Shown: positions 22,511-36,459, counted from the stretch's first letter. The stretch: 64,000 nucleotides of DNA from Eledone cirrhosa (GCA_964016885.1 OZ024741.1:37820001-37884000); one strand, 5' to 3'. Made by a program: numbers and translations. Notes: generated by a model not told the origin, from the letters alone.

Positions 22511-22839
22511 CCGTCCGTAACTCCTTACAATTTACACATACAAACACACACGGACAGAAGCATTTCCTATCTCAGTCGTGTTGCTACAATAACTAGTTCG
22601 CTTTCCAGTCACAAGATCCTGGATTTTAACCCTCTATGTTATTTGTACGTGATTTATATAATTATATCCTAGAAATAAATTATCAAAATATCATTTTCAT
22701 CTTTAATCACGTCCGCACGTCAGTAATCAACATAAACTATTGGGTTTCTCTTATGCAAACCATTAATATAACAAAATGCATATTTCCCAGTTTCTATGAT
22801 TGTTCATTGACTATAAATATTATTGTTATTACCAGAATA

Positions 22840-23028
22840 GGGCGGTGAATTGGCAGTATCGGTAGAGGGTCGGACGCCATGCTTTGACGTATAGAGTTAC
22901 GGCCCTTGCCATTCTGAGTTCAAATCCGTCGAGGTTAACTTTGCCTTTCATCCTTACGGGTCGATGATAAAATAAAGTACCAGTAATGTACTGGATAATT
23001 GCTGGCCTTGTGCCAAAAGTAGAAACAA
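22840..23028 (+). mobile_element. SINE family A with target-site duplication
   Basis: Full-length copy with ATTATTGTTATTACCAGAAT repeated on both sides. Confidence 0.88.
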
Positions 23029-23049
23029 TTATTGTTATTACCAGAATGA

Positions 23050-23425
23050 GTAGAGATATTCGCAATGTTCGTCACAAGTATGAAAATACGCTGTTGACAG
23101 GTGTAATGTGTCTGAACACGGAAGAGCCGAACTCCCACCGTCATCGCGCCCCTCTCTCTCGCCCTCCCCCATCACTCTGCATAGTGAGCAAATTGGATCC
23201 CACATACTGGCCGTCCCACAGCCCCGGGGGACAGAATGGAGAAGGTGTTTCTCCGGAGGATAGAAAGGCAGATGCGCTGGAAGAGCCATTCCATCTCGTG
23301 AGGCTCACACCTACAGCTGGCCAGCTCAGCGCCTATGGTGGTAAGTAGGGAGGTAGCCCTAAGGCCAAGGATACCAGAAGTCTCCACTGCCAAGGGCACG
23401 ACCACAAACCTGTCGGAGAGCGACT
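23050..23425 (-). mobile_element. 3' fragment of a CRE-like non-LTR element (restriction-like endonuclease C-terminus)
   Basis: Peptide VPLAVETSGILG...WLFQRICLSILRRNTFSIL resembles the CRE-type xxVETxG...LxQRISxAIQRGN tail. Confidence 0.7.
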
Positions 23426-23427
23426 GA

Positions 23428-23582
23428 GGCGGCGAATTAGCAGAATCGTTAGAACGTCAGATAGAATGCTTTGTGGTATTAGTTTCGGCTCTCTGCTCTC
23501 TGAGTTCAAATCCCACCCAGGTTAACTTTGCCTTTCATCCATTCTAGGTCAATAAAAAAAAAGTACCAGTCAAGTACTGGGA
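23428..23582 (+). mobile_element. SINE family A-related
   Basis: GGCGGCGAATTAGCAGAATCGTTAG...GAGTTCAAATCCC...CTTTGCCTTTCATCC. Confidence 0.75.
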
Positions 23583-24500
23583 TTTCCTCTATATCTCTTT
23601 CTCACTGTCCCTCTCTCACTTTCTATCTTTCTGTGGAAGTAATCTGCTGTATTTAGACCTGGAGAGGTATAGGCTCCGCCAGATTTAAAATGCCCTAGAA
23701 ACGCCGTACGACAGCCTCAGGGGTCCAAATATATATATAGCATACGATTCATGGACCCTATTAATTAACTCTTTTGAATTTAAAACGACCATATCCGGCC
23801 AGAATTCTCTCACTTCATTCTGTTCAAACCAGCTGTAACCAGCTGCTCATACTTATGTTAAGGTATCGTTCTTAAAATAAATAATATGAAAATCTCATAG
23901 ATTCCATATTATGTGAGATAATTATGCGAGGTAAAGCCTTTACCATGAAAATACAATAGTAAATATAGAGTAATGTAAATGGAAAAGGGTTAAATATGTT
24001 CAACGCTATTGTCGTATTATTGACGGATATGTCAATGAAAGACTTTCCTCAAATCACACCATATCGTCTTAAGAAAAATGAATACATTAGATAGTGTAAA
24101 TCTATCTACACTATGTCTGGAAAACAAACAAAATTGGCTGAATGGTGACGCCTGGAATATTTTTTGATCATTGGTCTACCTCCTCCAAACTGACTTAGTG
24201 TCTAAACGATAACAACAAACATAACTAGATCACCTCCCTAAACATTATAGTTACGAAATAATTGCTGAAAAAAATTGCCGTTAGTATTCAATTCTCGAGG
24301 TTTAAATACAAAATATTAGACAATATCTACCAAATAAAAGACATGGAATGATATAAATTTTACTATTACACTTAGTAATATATTAAAAATATATGAATCC
24401 TCACGGTGCCACTAGTAATATAATAAAATATCTGCTTATACTGATACAGGTTTGATTTCTATATAATTAGTCATTATTTTCTATTCTGTTTAGTGTTTAG

Positions 24501-24550
<50 letters not shown>

Positions 24551-24554
<4 letters not shown>

Positions 24555-25030
24555 TTTTAACGGCGATGAATTAGTTTTGCGAGGTTTTTGATATGAAATC
24601 GTGTGTCGAAACAAATATTGTTATACTTGGGGAGGGTCATATTTGTGTAATAATATTGCCAGAATTAATAACAGAACACACTCACTGTTTGGTTGGTTTT
24701 CGCTTCTGTGTCTTTTATATCGGTTAATTTAATTTATTCGGTCTTCAATCTTTCCATTGACTGACCAACGGTCAAAAATACAGATACAATATAGACACAA
24801 ACACATATATATATAGTCTAACAAAGTTCTTTCGTTGCACATCTGCAACATCGTCAGTGGTGCTATTATGTTTCCTCCCGTTGTATTGTATGCCTACGCC
24901 ATCTTTATTTAGTCTGTTTAACCGATATAAAAGACACAGAAGCGAAAACCAACCAAACAGTGAGAGCGTTCTGTTATTAATTCTGGCAATATTATTACAC
25001 AAATATGACCCTCCCCAAGTATAACAATAT
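24551..25030. mobile_element. Fold-back element with 113-bp inverted arms (family P3 or MITE)
   Basis: Arms at 24615-24727 and 24918-25030; about 64-nt unpaired left extension next to (TA)n; the terminus recurs near 34430-34455. Confidence 0.7.
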
Positions 25031-25159
25031 ATAGTGTTTAGTATATATATATATATGATAATTCTTCGGCTCTGTTTAACTACATTGAGCTATACCTTTT
25101 ACTGTCATTTCTATAATACGAGGAGGGTGTTTAACTCCAACACGCTCCAGTATTTTAAC

Positions 25160-25247
<88 letters not shown>

Positions 25248-25456
25248 GTATATGTATGTGTGTGTGTGTGTATATGTATGTGTGTGTGTGTGTATATGTA
25301 TATGTGTGTGTGTGTATATATGTTGGTGTGTATATGTGTATGTGTGTGTGTGTATATATGTGTGTGTGTGTGCATATATATGTGTGTGTGCGTGTATATG
25401 TATATATATGTGTGTGTGTATATGTATATATATGTGTGTGTGTGTGCATATATATA

Positions 25457-25556
25457 CAGGATGTCCCCCCAAATTGTATACATACTTCAACAGCATTCTA
25501 ATAAATATTGCATAGAAAGGTAATCAAAGTGCGTATACATTTTTGGGGGACGCTCC
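25457..25556. mobile_element. Tc1/mariner-type MITE (about 100 bp)
   Basis: TA|CAGGATGTCCCCCCAAATTGTATAC...GTATACATTTTTGGGGGAC inverted ends; sister copy at 37235-37331. Confidence 0.75.
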
Positions 25557-25966
25557 CTCTCTCTCTCTCTATATATATAATTCATTATTTATTTATCTAT
25601 TTACTTGGGGTCATTGAAGGCTCAAGCATTCCATGAAGGGGTCAATGATCTAAAATTCCTGTTGTGAACTTAAGGAGATGAAATAACGACTGTGGCCATG
25701 CTGGGGTACTGTCTTGAAGGGATTTAGTCGATTATATAGATATTAGTATTTAATTTTTCAAGTCTCTTTTTTATTGAACCACTAAATTTTGTAACATAAA
25801 CATATATAGAAATAAATGTAATCACACATGCAACCGCGTGGACACACACACACACATACAGACACACAGACACACACACACAGACACACACATTCACACT
25901 CACACACACATTCACACACACAGACACACATACACACACTTACACCCACACAAACATTCACACACT

Positions 25967-26143
<177 letters not shown>

Positions 26144-26379
26144 AGGGCTTTTGCCCAGCTCCGGCTCGCAAATTTCAATCTCAAAGCATTGGTGAATCCG
26201 AGGAGATATAAGAAGATACTTGTTGAAATTGCTACGCAGTTGGGTGAACCGTGTGGTTGCGGTGTGAACTTCTCAACTACGCAGCCATCCCATGCACCTA
26301 ACTGATAAACCAATGTTTCTTAAACAGATCCTGTGTTGGCTGCAATAGATTTAGGACAACCCCGGCCATGTGTGTGTGT

Positions 26380-26625
26380 GTGACAGCTCACACCTATGCA
26401 GGTTTAGCTGGCCTCCTCCAAGGTATATCTCGTTGGAGGTGTCTTGGGTGATTTAATGATAGGGACCCCAGTCCTATCATCTCATTTCTACAGCTGAGTA
26501 AGCTGGAGCAACGTGAAATAAAGTGTCTTGCTCAAGGAAACAACACATCACCCGGTTCGAGAATAGAACTCACAACCTTTCGATTGCAAGCCCAATGCTC
26601 TAACCACTAAACCATGCGCCTTCAC
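26380..26625 (-). mobile_element. SINE family B with an extended 3' region
   Basis: Near-identical to 16262-16515. Confidence 0.8.
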
Positions 26626-27330
26626 GTCGGCCATATAGGTGTGAGCTGTCACACACACACACATGCGTCTAACTGATAAATCAATGTTTCTTAAACAGAT
26701 CCTGTGTTGGCTGCAATAGATTTAGGACAGCCTCGTATCAAAAACACACGCATAGTAAATAGACGGTGCATCATTCAGGAGCCATAAAAACACCGGAGCA
26801 TGTCAATTGTGATTGTCACACAGAAAAACAAACAACAAAAATAATATAAGTAAAGAGCCAACAACAAACAATGATTGTGTATTGAGAGATGTCGGCTTTA
26901 TTATTTACTACAAAATCCCAACTACATGTTTGTAAATCATTTCATATGTCTACTTTCTTTATGTCACGTAGTTAGCATCAAGTTCCATGTAGAAGTATTA
27001 TGAAATAAATAATGATGTCAACATAACGCGCGCGCGATTGTGTCTGTGTACGCGCACACACACATATATATGTACGTATATATATGAGTATGTGTGTATA
27101 TACATGTATATATGTGTATGTATATATATGAATATATGTATATATATATGAGTATATATATGTAATATGTATACATATATATTTATATGTAATATTGCAT
27201 ATATAATATTTATGTATGTTATGTAATATGTATATATATAATATTTATATATAATGTGTAATATGTATATATATAATGTTTATGTATAATATGTAATATG
27301 TATATAATTTTTATGTATAATATGTAATAT

Positions 27331-30300
27331 TTTTTCTAGGGCGGGTAAAATTCCCGAGATCCATGGACGAGTTCTCTCCAGCGGGCTCTGTCCCTCATTA
27401 TCGCTGCCATGTCCTGCGTCTCCAACAGACCAGTGTCTGTCCTTAGGGCATCAACATACGTTAACCTTGGTCTTCCTCTTCCAGTGTGTCCATGTAGGGG
27501 CTCCCATAGGGGCACTGAGTGCAATGTCAACTCTGGATGTCGGTGAGCATGTCCAGCTAACCTCAGTCTCATCTGTGTCACTTTTGAGCTGACATTTGGG
27601 AGGCTCCCATACAGCTCTGAGTTTTTCATCCTCAGTGTATACTGATTAATATTCAGAGCCATCCTCAGCATTCTTGTGTAGCACCCATCCACCATCTGAG
27701 TGAGTTTCTTGGTCAGTGTCCAAGTCTAAGACACGTACAGCAGCACAGACTCCACTAAGCAATGAAGAGGCGGATTTTCAGGTCTTCACGAAGGTCCGAC
27801 TTCCACACCGATCACAAGTTGTGGCACGCCGCCCAGCCTTTGCTCTTCCTCTCAACCACATCATCTTCCGTATTCCCAATCTTTGCTCCCAAATACAGAA
27901 AGTCCTCAACCAATTCTAGCGGCTTACCACCTACATTAGTGATCCTCTCTGGCTTCTCAACATTCTCTACCAGATATTTTGTTTTAGTCTCATTCATTCT
28001 CAGCCCCACACTCATCGACACAGTGTCAACCTCCTGCATCAAATCCTCTGCCTCCTTCACTGTATTTGTCACCAAAACTATGTCGTCGGCAAATTCAGCA
28101 TCTGATATCTTTTTCGCCTTAACTCTCCTGCTCTGAGCCGGTGCTACAGTAAAGCCAGAGTCCTGGTGTTTCTCCAGTGCAAGGCGCATACAATAGTCCA
28201 CTACGATGATAAAAAGGTAGGGAGCCAATGTATCTCCCTGGAGCACTCCAGCCAGTATCTCAAAGAACTCTGTTATCCCATCACGTGTAATGACTTGGGC
28301 TTTGGTGTTGGTGTAGAGCAGTGATATCAGGTCCACTATCTTATTGGGGATTCCATAAGCCTGTAAGATCTTCATCAGGCAGTGACGGTCCACAGAATGA
28401 AAGGCCTTCCTAAAGTCAATGAAAACCATGACCGCAGGAAGGCACTTTGCTCTAGCCCCCTCTAATATCCTCCTCAGCATCAGGATGTGACTGGTGGTTG
28501 ATCTTCCCTCTCTGAAGCCGTTCTGGTTGTCTCTGAGCTTCTTCTCCATCTCAGGCTGGATCCTGTTAAGAATCATCCTGTTGAAGGTCTTTGCCACAAG
28601 TGACGTCAGTGAGATCTCCCTGTAGTTGTTGGTGTTAGAGAGATCTCCCCTCTTTGGCACTGGGACGATGTTACTGATCCTCCACTGATTCGGGGCAACT
28701 CCTTTCTCCAGTGCCTGGTTACAGAACCCCAGGAAGATATCACCAAAATCACACCTCTTCATCACCTCTGATGCCACTCCATCCTCTCCATGAGCCTTGC
28801 CCTCCTTGATTTTCTTCTTGGATATCTGAAGCTCCTCTCTGGTGAAGGGCTCTGTCTCAATATCCAGTTCTTCAAACAGCCGCCTAATCTCCCCAGTACT
28901 CTCGGCTGTGGAGGGTGGCTCTCCTAGTAGGGTCCTAAAATGGTCTAGCCATTTCCTCTTCCTATCCTCGGGCCCTGTTCCCTGGATCTGACTCGAACAC
29001 CTCTTCCTCCCTGTGATCTCGTTGAGGATCATCCAGCTCTCCTTACATCCAGATCTGTCAACCGCTCTCTCCACACTTCTGATCTTCTCTATCAGTGCCT
29101 CCTCTCTGGCCTCAGTGTAAGCGGTACAGAGTTCTTCCCTCATCACCTCCACAGTCTCCATCCTCTTCTCCGTAAAATCAGCATAGAATTGGTCCTTGGT
29201 AGCTTTCAGGTGTTCTCTGGTTGCACACATTTTTGGGTTTGCAGAGCTGACGTGCTTCCTTTTGTTCTTTTTCCTCGGCACCAGGGTCTCACTTGCTTCC
29301 GCCACTGCATTGGTGAAGTGCCCATACCTCCTCAGTCCATCCAATCTCTCTCTCCTCTGTCTCTCCACACAGAGCACTGAACCTGTTGCTCACTTCCACT
29401 GTGAACCTCTTCTGTAGCTTATCATCTTCATTGAAAGCTCCCAAGTCATAGATTGCTCTTTCTTAAGCTCACCCGGACCTCACTCATAACAAGCCGGTAG
29501 TCACTACCCAGTGTACTGAAATAGTTGTATGGTTCTGTGTTCAGAACACTATTCCGCCACTTTTTCCTCACCAGAATGAAATCAATCTGGGACTTGAACA
29601 GGTGCATATCTGAGATATAGGTCCACATCTTCTCCAGATTCTTCCTAAACCTTAGGTTGGTCGCTATCAAGTTCGCCTCCAGCAGGGTGTCTCTCAGTAG
29701 CCTTCCATTTCGGTTGGTGTTGTTATGGAAATACCAGCAAGGACTTCACTGCTCTCCTTACTCAGATGTGCATTGAAGTCCCCAAAACAAGCAGGATGTT
29801 ATGTGCTTGTGTGGTGTTGACAGCTCTACACACCTCCTCATGGAAATCTTCCGCACTCACATCACTGTCTCCCTTGGTTTGACTATAGGCTGAGATGACT
29901 GTCAGTCTTGGGTTTCCATTGAAGGTCACCCTCAACACTCGCGGGAGACAGGCGTTATTTCCCTCCCCAATAGACTGGTTTTTGTGCTGAAAACAAAACC
30001 CACTCCTCCTACTGAAGCATTGGTCATGTTCCTCACTGCCGATGTGGTGATGAGCTGGCCCTCTTCCCAATCATCACACGCCTCACGGGCTCAACGTGTT
30101 CTTGGATCGCAAGTATCTGTATACCATTCTCCTCGAACAGATGTCCCAACTCCTCTCTCTTCTCCAGCGCCCGAATAGTCCTCACATTCAAAGTGACCAT
30201 TTTGATGGCTCTTCTGCAGGACAAAACTGCATTCTTTATATTTGTCTCAGAGACAGCTGATCCATCATCCACTGGCCCTCCCTGTGGCTCTACGCCAGGA

Positions 30301-30585
30301 GAGTCATAGCGACCAGGCTGCTCCTTGACCGTGTAATTAGGGGCTCTAACCCTAGTGCTGTTAGATCGAATCTCAATATTTCTTTTCAATTGCTGACAAT
30401 ACCTTACCGGCGCCACTCGAATAAGGTAGTTATTTAACCCATAAATGGGGCCCTAACAGGTACTACCACCCCGGGCCAGGGCAGACCTTGGAGTTATGAC
30501 AACAAAGGGGTAACTCCACATTCCCCACAGCTCCTGAACTACCGAACTATCCTTGCCACTGGATGTAGTTTAATGTCACACCTAG
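27331..30585 (-). mobile_element. Near-full-length RTE/RTE-X-type LINE, inactivated
   Basis: APE pieces (TLNVRT, AIQEH, SQIDFIL, GSDYR) and RT motifs (YREISLTS, NQNGFR, FIDFRKAF, GVLQGDTLAPYLF, FADD, LRLAGH) split by frameshifts. The stop codon is followed directly by a short A-run; possible TAATAT TSD inside an AT minisatellite. Confidence 0.9.
27336..30416 (-). pseudogene. Disrupted APE-RT polyprotein
   Basis: ORFs 30033-30416, 29762-30070, 29446-29670, 27812-29377 and 27336-27695 are colinear pieces of one protein. Confidence 0.88.
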
Positions 30586-30729
30586 TAATATATAATATAT
30601 ATGTAATATGTATATATATAATATTTATGTATAATATGTATATATATAATGTTTATATATAATATGTAATATGTATATATATAATGTTTGTATAATATGT
30701 AATATGTATATATATAATGTTTATATATA

Positions 30730-30900
30730 ACAAGGCCAGCAATTAACCAGTGTATTACTGGTACTTTATTTTATCGACCCCGTAAGGATGAAAGGCAAAG
30801 TTAACCTCGGCAGGATTTGAACTCAGATCATAAAGGGACGTAACTCTATGCTTCAAAGCATGGTGTCCGACTATCTACCGATACTGCCAATCCACCGCCA
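30730..30900 (-). mobile_element. SINE family A
   Basis: Reverse complement of the family A consensus. Confidence 0.85.
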
Positions 30901-31037
30901 TATAATATATTTAATATTTATATACAATATGTAATATATAAAGTATGTATGTATGTATACGTACATACATATATGTATACAGACGTACAGTAATATGTAT
31001 ATATATATACATACATGCACACATATATATATGCACG

Positions 31038-31258
31038 TATCGGTTTACCGAACATTTATTATAATGGTCGGTTTGTTTGTAAACAAACAAACAGCCCGAA
31101 TTACGCCGTACAGTGTTTAGGCAACCACGTCACCTTTTTGTTCAACACTGACACAGAAACGATGTACTAGTTTCAAGCTTATTAGCTATCGTCAGCATCG
31201 TATACCTTCCTGCCAGGTGGTTGAACGTCTGAAAGTATACTTTCCTTATGCATATTAA
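31038..31258. mobile_element. MITE-like repeat family M (partial)
   Basis: Begins GGTTTACCGAACATTTA; homologous to 33236-33450. Confidence 0.7.
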
Positions 31259-31292
31259 TATATATATATATTAATATATATATATATATATA

Positions 31293-31334
<42 letters not shown>

Positions 31335-31340
<6 letters not shown>

Positions 31341-32010
31341 GTGTAGGTGTATATATATAATGTATATGTGTAGGTGTATATATATAATGTATATGTGTAG
31401 GTGTATATATATAATGTATATGTGTAGGTGTATATATATAATGTATATGTGTAGGTGTATATATATATAATGTATATGTGTAGGTGTATATATATAATGT
31501 ATGTGTGTAGGTGTATATATATATAATGTATATGTGTAGGTGTATATATATAATGTATATGTGTAGCTGTATATATATAATGTATGTGTGTAGGTGTATA
31601 TATATAATGTATGTGTGTAGGTGTATATATATAATGTATATGTGTAGGTGTATATATATAATGTATATGTGTAGATGTATATATATAATTTATGTGTGTA
31701 GGTGTATATATATAATGTATGTGTGTAGGTGTATATATATAATGTATGTGTGTAGGTGTATATATATAATGTATATGTGTAGGTGTATATATATGTAATG
31801 TATATGTGTAGGTGTATATAATGTATATGTGTAGGTGTATATATATAATGTATATGTGTAGCTGTATATATATAATGTATATGTGTAGGTGTATATATAT
31901 AATGTATATGTGTAGATGTATATATATAATGTATGTGTGTAGGTGTATATATATAATGTATGTGTGTAGGTGTATATATATAATGTATGTGTGTAGGTGT
32001 ATATATATAT
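31335..32010. repeat. 27-bp minisatellite AATGTATATGTGTAGGTGTATATATAT
   Basis: About 25 tandem units. Confidence 0.95.
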
Positions 32011-32224
32011 GATAATTAAAAGAAAGCAGCATCACTTAAACTTCCATGTAATATATAAATATGTAATATTTATATGTAATATATATATATATATATATAC
32101 AATATTGATATATATATATATATATGTAATATATATATATATATATGTAATATATATATACATATATGTGTAATATATATATATATATATATATGTAATA
32201 TATATATATATATATATATATATG

Positions 32225-32267
<43 letters not shown>

Positions 32268-32340
32268 ATATATATATATATATATGTAATATATATATAT
32301 ATATGTATATATATATATGTAATATATATATATATGTGTA

Positions 32341-32374
<34 letters not shown>

Positions 32375-32477
32375 TTATAATATGGATCACGAGCTGAGGA
32401 TCCGCTATGGTGAAACAATTGTTCTCGGTATGGTGAACTAACTGTTGTGGAACCACTACTATATATGTATATATATG

Positions 32478-32520
<43 letters not shown>

Positions 32521-32694
32521 AAATATATATAATGTGTGTATGTATGTATGTATGTACGTGTATGTATATATGATACATAAAAGCAAGCAGTGTTCCATGT
32601 AATCTGGGTTCTGCTCTAAAGATAATTTAAAGTAAGGACGTATTTTAGTAGATGCATTTGAAGGTTAGTGGCATAGGCCCAATCACAGGAAATA

Positions 32695-32734
<40 letters not shown>

Positions 32735-33235
32735 ACACACACACACACGCACACAGGTATATATAAATATACATATATATATATGTGAAAGAGTTAATAG
32801 ACAGCTAAGTTAGGTTATCTAATAAGACATTTTTTTAAAGTAGTCAATACAAGAGGAAGACAAGCGAGCAACGGCCTCTGTTTTCGTTGATTTGAGTCAG
32901 GAGTGGTAAACATTTCTCCATGTCAGTCCTGTTAAGTAAACCTTTGATTAAAAGTATACCAGTCTTAACCATCTTTTTGTATACCCAAGCCTCCATTGTC
33001 CAATCTGTCTTTCCTATATTTCGTTACAATATTTCCTAATGAAAGATACTACTTATGATTTTCAAATAATATTGAAAATATTCCGGAATTTGAAAAGATT
33101 TAATAATTTTACTAAAACTGGTTATTTGGAACAGTCGAGTTCTATAAAACCTGGGGTGGTTTCAGATGGTTTGGTATCAAAAGAGTTAAAGTATAACTTG
33201 AGGAAATTCGGCTGTTATTTTTAGCAGCTCATGCC

Positions 33236-34013
33236 ATGGGTTTACCGAACATTTACTATAATGTTGTGTTTGTTTGTAAACAAACAGCCCAAATTAAGCC
33301 GTACAGTGTTCGGCAACCATCGTTGCCCTTTTGTTCAACACTGACAAAGGAACGGTGAACTAGTTTCTAGCTTATTAGCTGTCATCAGCACCGTGTACCT
33401 TCCTGTCAGTCGATTGAACGTTTGAAAGTATATACTTTCCTTATGCATATTAACGGCTGAGCAGCCTAATTTGCATATCGAGTGAGTTAGTCGGCCGGGC
33501 GTACCAAAAACGATAAACTGGTTCGGGCTGTTTGTTTACAAACAAACCGAACATTATAATAAATGTTCGGTAAACCCATACGTACATATATATATGTGTG
33601 CATGTATGTATGTATATACATACTACTGTACGTCTGTATACAAATATGTATGTACGTATACATACTTATATTTAAGTATCAGCTGTACTAAGAGTGAGAA
33701 ATGAAATTTCATTTTTTCCATTTATCGTTTTCGGTACGTTTTCGGTACGCCCGGCCGACTAGCTCACTCGATATGCAAATTAGGCTGCTCAGTCGTTAAT
33801 ATGCATAAGGAAAGTATATACTTTCAAACGTTCAATCGACTGACAGGAAGGTATACGGTGCTGATGACAGCTGATAAGCTAGAACCTATTACAGCGTTCC
33901 TTTGTCAGTGTTGAACAAAAGGGCAACGATGGTTGCCGAACACTGTACGGCTTAATTCGGGCTGTTTGTTTACAAACAAACCGAGCATTATAATAAATGT
34001 TCGGTAAACCCAT
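33236..34013. mobile_element. Two MITE-like family M units in inverted arrangement
   Basis: Unit 33236-33579 has TIRs of about 60 bp (ATGGGTTTACCGAACATTTA); 33725-34013 is an inverted copy of 33236-33512. Confidence 0.75.
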
Positions 34014-34020
34014 ACGTACA

Positions 34021-34147
<127 letters not shown>

Positions 34148-34532
34148 TGTGTGCTCAGTTTGCGCAAACTAAGCACACAACACACACACAGAAACAAAAT
34201 GGCGTAGGACAGAACAAAGGAGAGGCACAAAAACAAAGAAAGGAATCCCCAGTCACTGAAGAGGTCACAGAGTGTGTGACGAAAGGACTATGACTATATA
34301 TAAACAACTATCTGGTTGTGGAACCAACCAACCAACCAGAAATTTATGAATTTATAAATTTGTAAATTTGTATAAATATATAATAAATTGAAGTGAAAGC
34401 AACTGGTGCGTGTGTTTCTTATTGGCAACATGACCCTCCCAAAGTATAACAATATATATATATATATATGTAAAATTGCAAGTTTGAAGAATTGTTAGAT
34501 AAAATATATCCAGTCTTTGTTCACCCTATATA

Positions 34533-34594
<62 letters not shown>

Positions 34595-34659
34595 TATATG
34601 CGTGTGTATATATATATATATATATATATGTATATGTATATAAATATATATCGAACAAC

Positions 34660-35225
34660 AGCAATGGTTTTTAACATCCGATGACCCCTTGCTGATGGAC
34701 TGTTTCTTGGTGGGTTTGGGTTGACAATCAGTCTGAAAAAGACAGTGTGATGTACCAGCATGTACCCGAAAAGTCATACATTCCACCAACCATATCTGTT
34801 AAAGGTTCCAGACAAGTTTGTCTACCTGGGTAGTACTCTCTCCAGTACCAAAATCCTTGATGAAAGGGACAGCGACCGGCTGTCTAAAACTTCCGATCTT
34901 TTGATAAGCTGGAGAAGTGCCTGTGGTCAAAGTCAGATATCAGTGTGTTCATGGAAATAACACAATCGAATATCCCATATATCATGACTTTGCATGGGAG
35001 ATTTGTACCAATATCTGCCACTCGGCTGGTGGGTCAACATGGAACCACAAAGCATGCTATGCCAATCAAACTCAGGCATGTGGGAACATTATCTGCACAC
35101 TGTGTAACATGACATGTAAGACACTTCCTGGTTTGGTGCCCCATCTAAGGCGGCACAAACAACAGCAACATCACTAACATGCTTTTGCCAATGTTTTTTT
35201 ATTACTCTAAAAAGTGGCCGTAGTG
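34660..35225 (+). mobile_element. Degraded, internally deleted RTE fragment
   Basis: [20 protein letters not shown] and a terminal C2H2 CTLCNMTCKTLPGLVPHLRRH parallel the RTE at 10530-11600. Confidence 0.72.
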
Positions 35226-35531
35226 GGACAGTAGTTGGCGTCTACTATATATGTATGTATGGATGTATGGATGTATGTATGTATGTATGGATGGATGTAT
35301 GGTGTATGTATGTATGGGTGTATGTATGTGTGTATGGATGGATGTATGGATGGATGGATGGCTAGATGGATGGATGGATGGATGGATGGATGGATGTCTA
35401 GGTGCCTGTTCATGAATATATAGAGTAACTTCAGTAATCTCCTCTCTCTCCATATATCTATCTATATATATCTTCGAAATATATATAATGAAATAAATAG
35501 AGATGATATAAAGTATATATCTGTCGTTTAT

Positions 35532-35591
<60 letters not shown>

Positions 35592-35933
35592 GTGCATGCA
35601 TACGTGCACACAAATGTTTTCATGTATGTACTACACACATTGGCTAGATTTCAAGTTTCACATATGTGATCTGTGTCACGAGCCTCAAAACAGGAATTTA
35701 TCTCGATTCTTATGGCTGATGACACTTGTGGTACACTTGTGTTTCAAGATGTTTCCAAACTTTCCCTAAATAAACAATGAAAACCATGAATGTTCTTTAC
35801 TTTCTATTCTAAATCCTTTTTGTTCGACACTTCACTTTATCTCGTCCCAGGATTTATACATCCTGAATTTGGTTAGTGACATTGTTATGGACAGTTAGAA
35901 TTCGTAAATTAAAGATCTGAGTTGAAATCATAG

Positions 35934-36070
35934 TGTCGTCGTTGTCGTCGTCGTTGTCGTCGTCGTTGTCGTTGTCGTCGTCGTTGTCGTCGTCGTTGTC
36001 GTCGTCGTTGTCGTCGTCGTTGTCGTCGTCGTTGTCGTCGTCGTTGTCGTCGTCGTTGTCGTCGTCGTTG

Positions 36071-36102
<32 letters not shown>

Positions 36103-36209
36103 GTCGTTGTCGTTGTTGTTGTCGTCGTCGTTGTCGTCGTCGTTGTCGTCGTCGTTGTCGTCGTCGTTGTCGTCGTCGTTGTCGTCGTCGTTGTCGTCGT
36201 CGTTGTCGT

Positions 36210-36242
<33 letters not shown>

Positions 36243-36327
36243 CGTCGTCGTCGTTGTCGTCGTCGTTGTCGTCGTCGTTGTCGTCGTCGTTGTCGTCGTC
36301 GTTGTCGTCGTCGTTGTCGTCGTCGTT

Positions 36328-36372
<45 letters not shown>

Positions 36373-36414
36373 GTCGTTGTCGTCGTCGTTGTCGTCGTCG
36401 TTGTCGTCGTCGTT

Positions 36415-36459
<45 letters not shown>

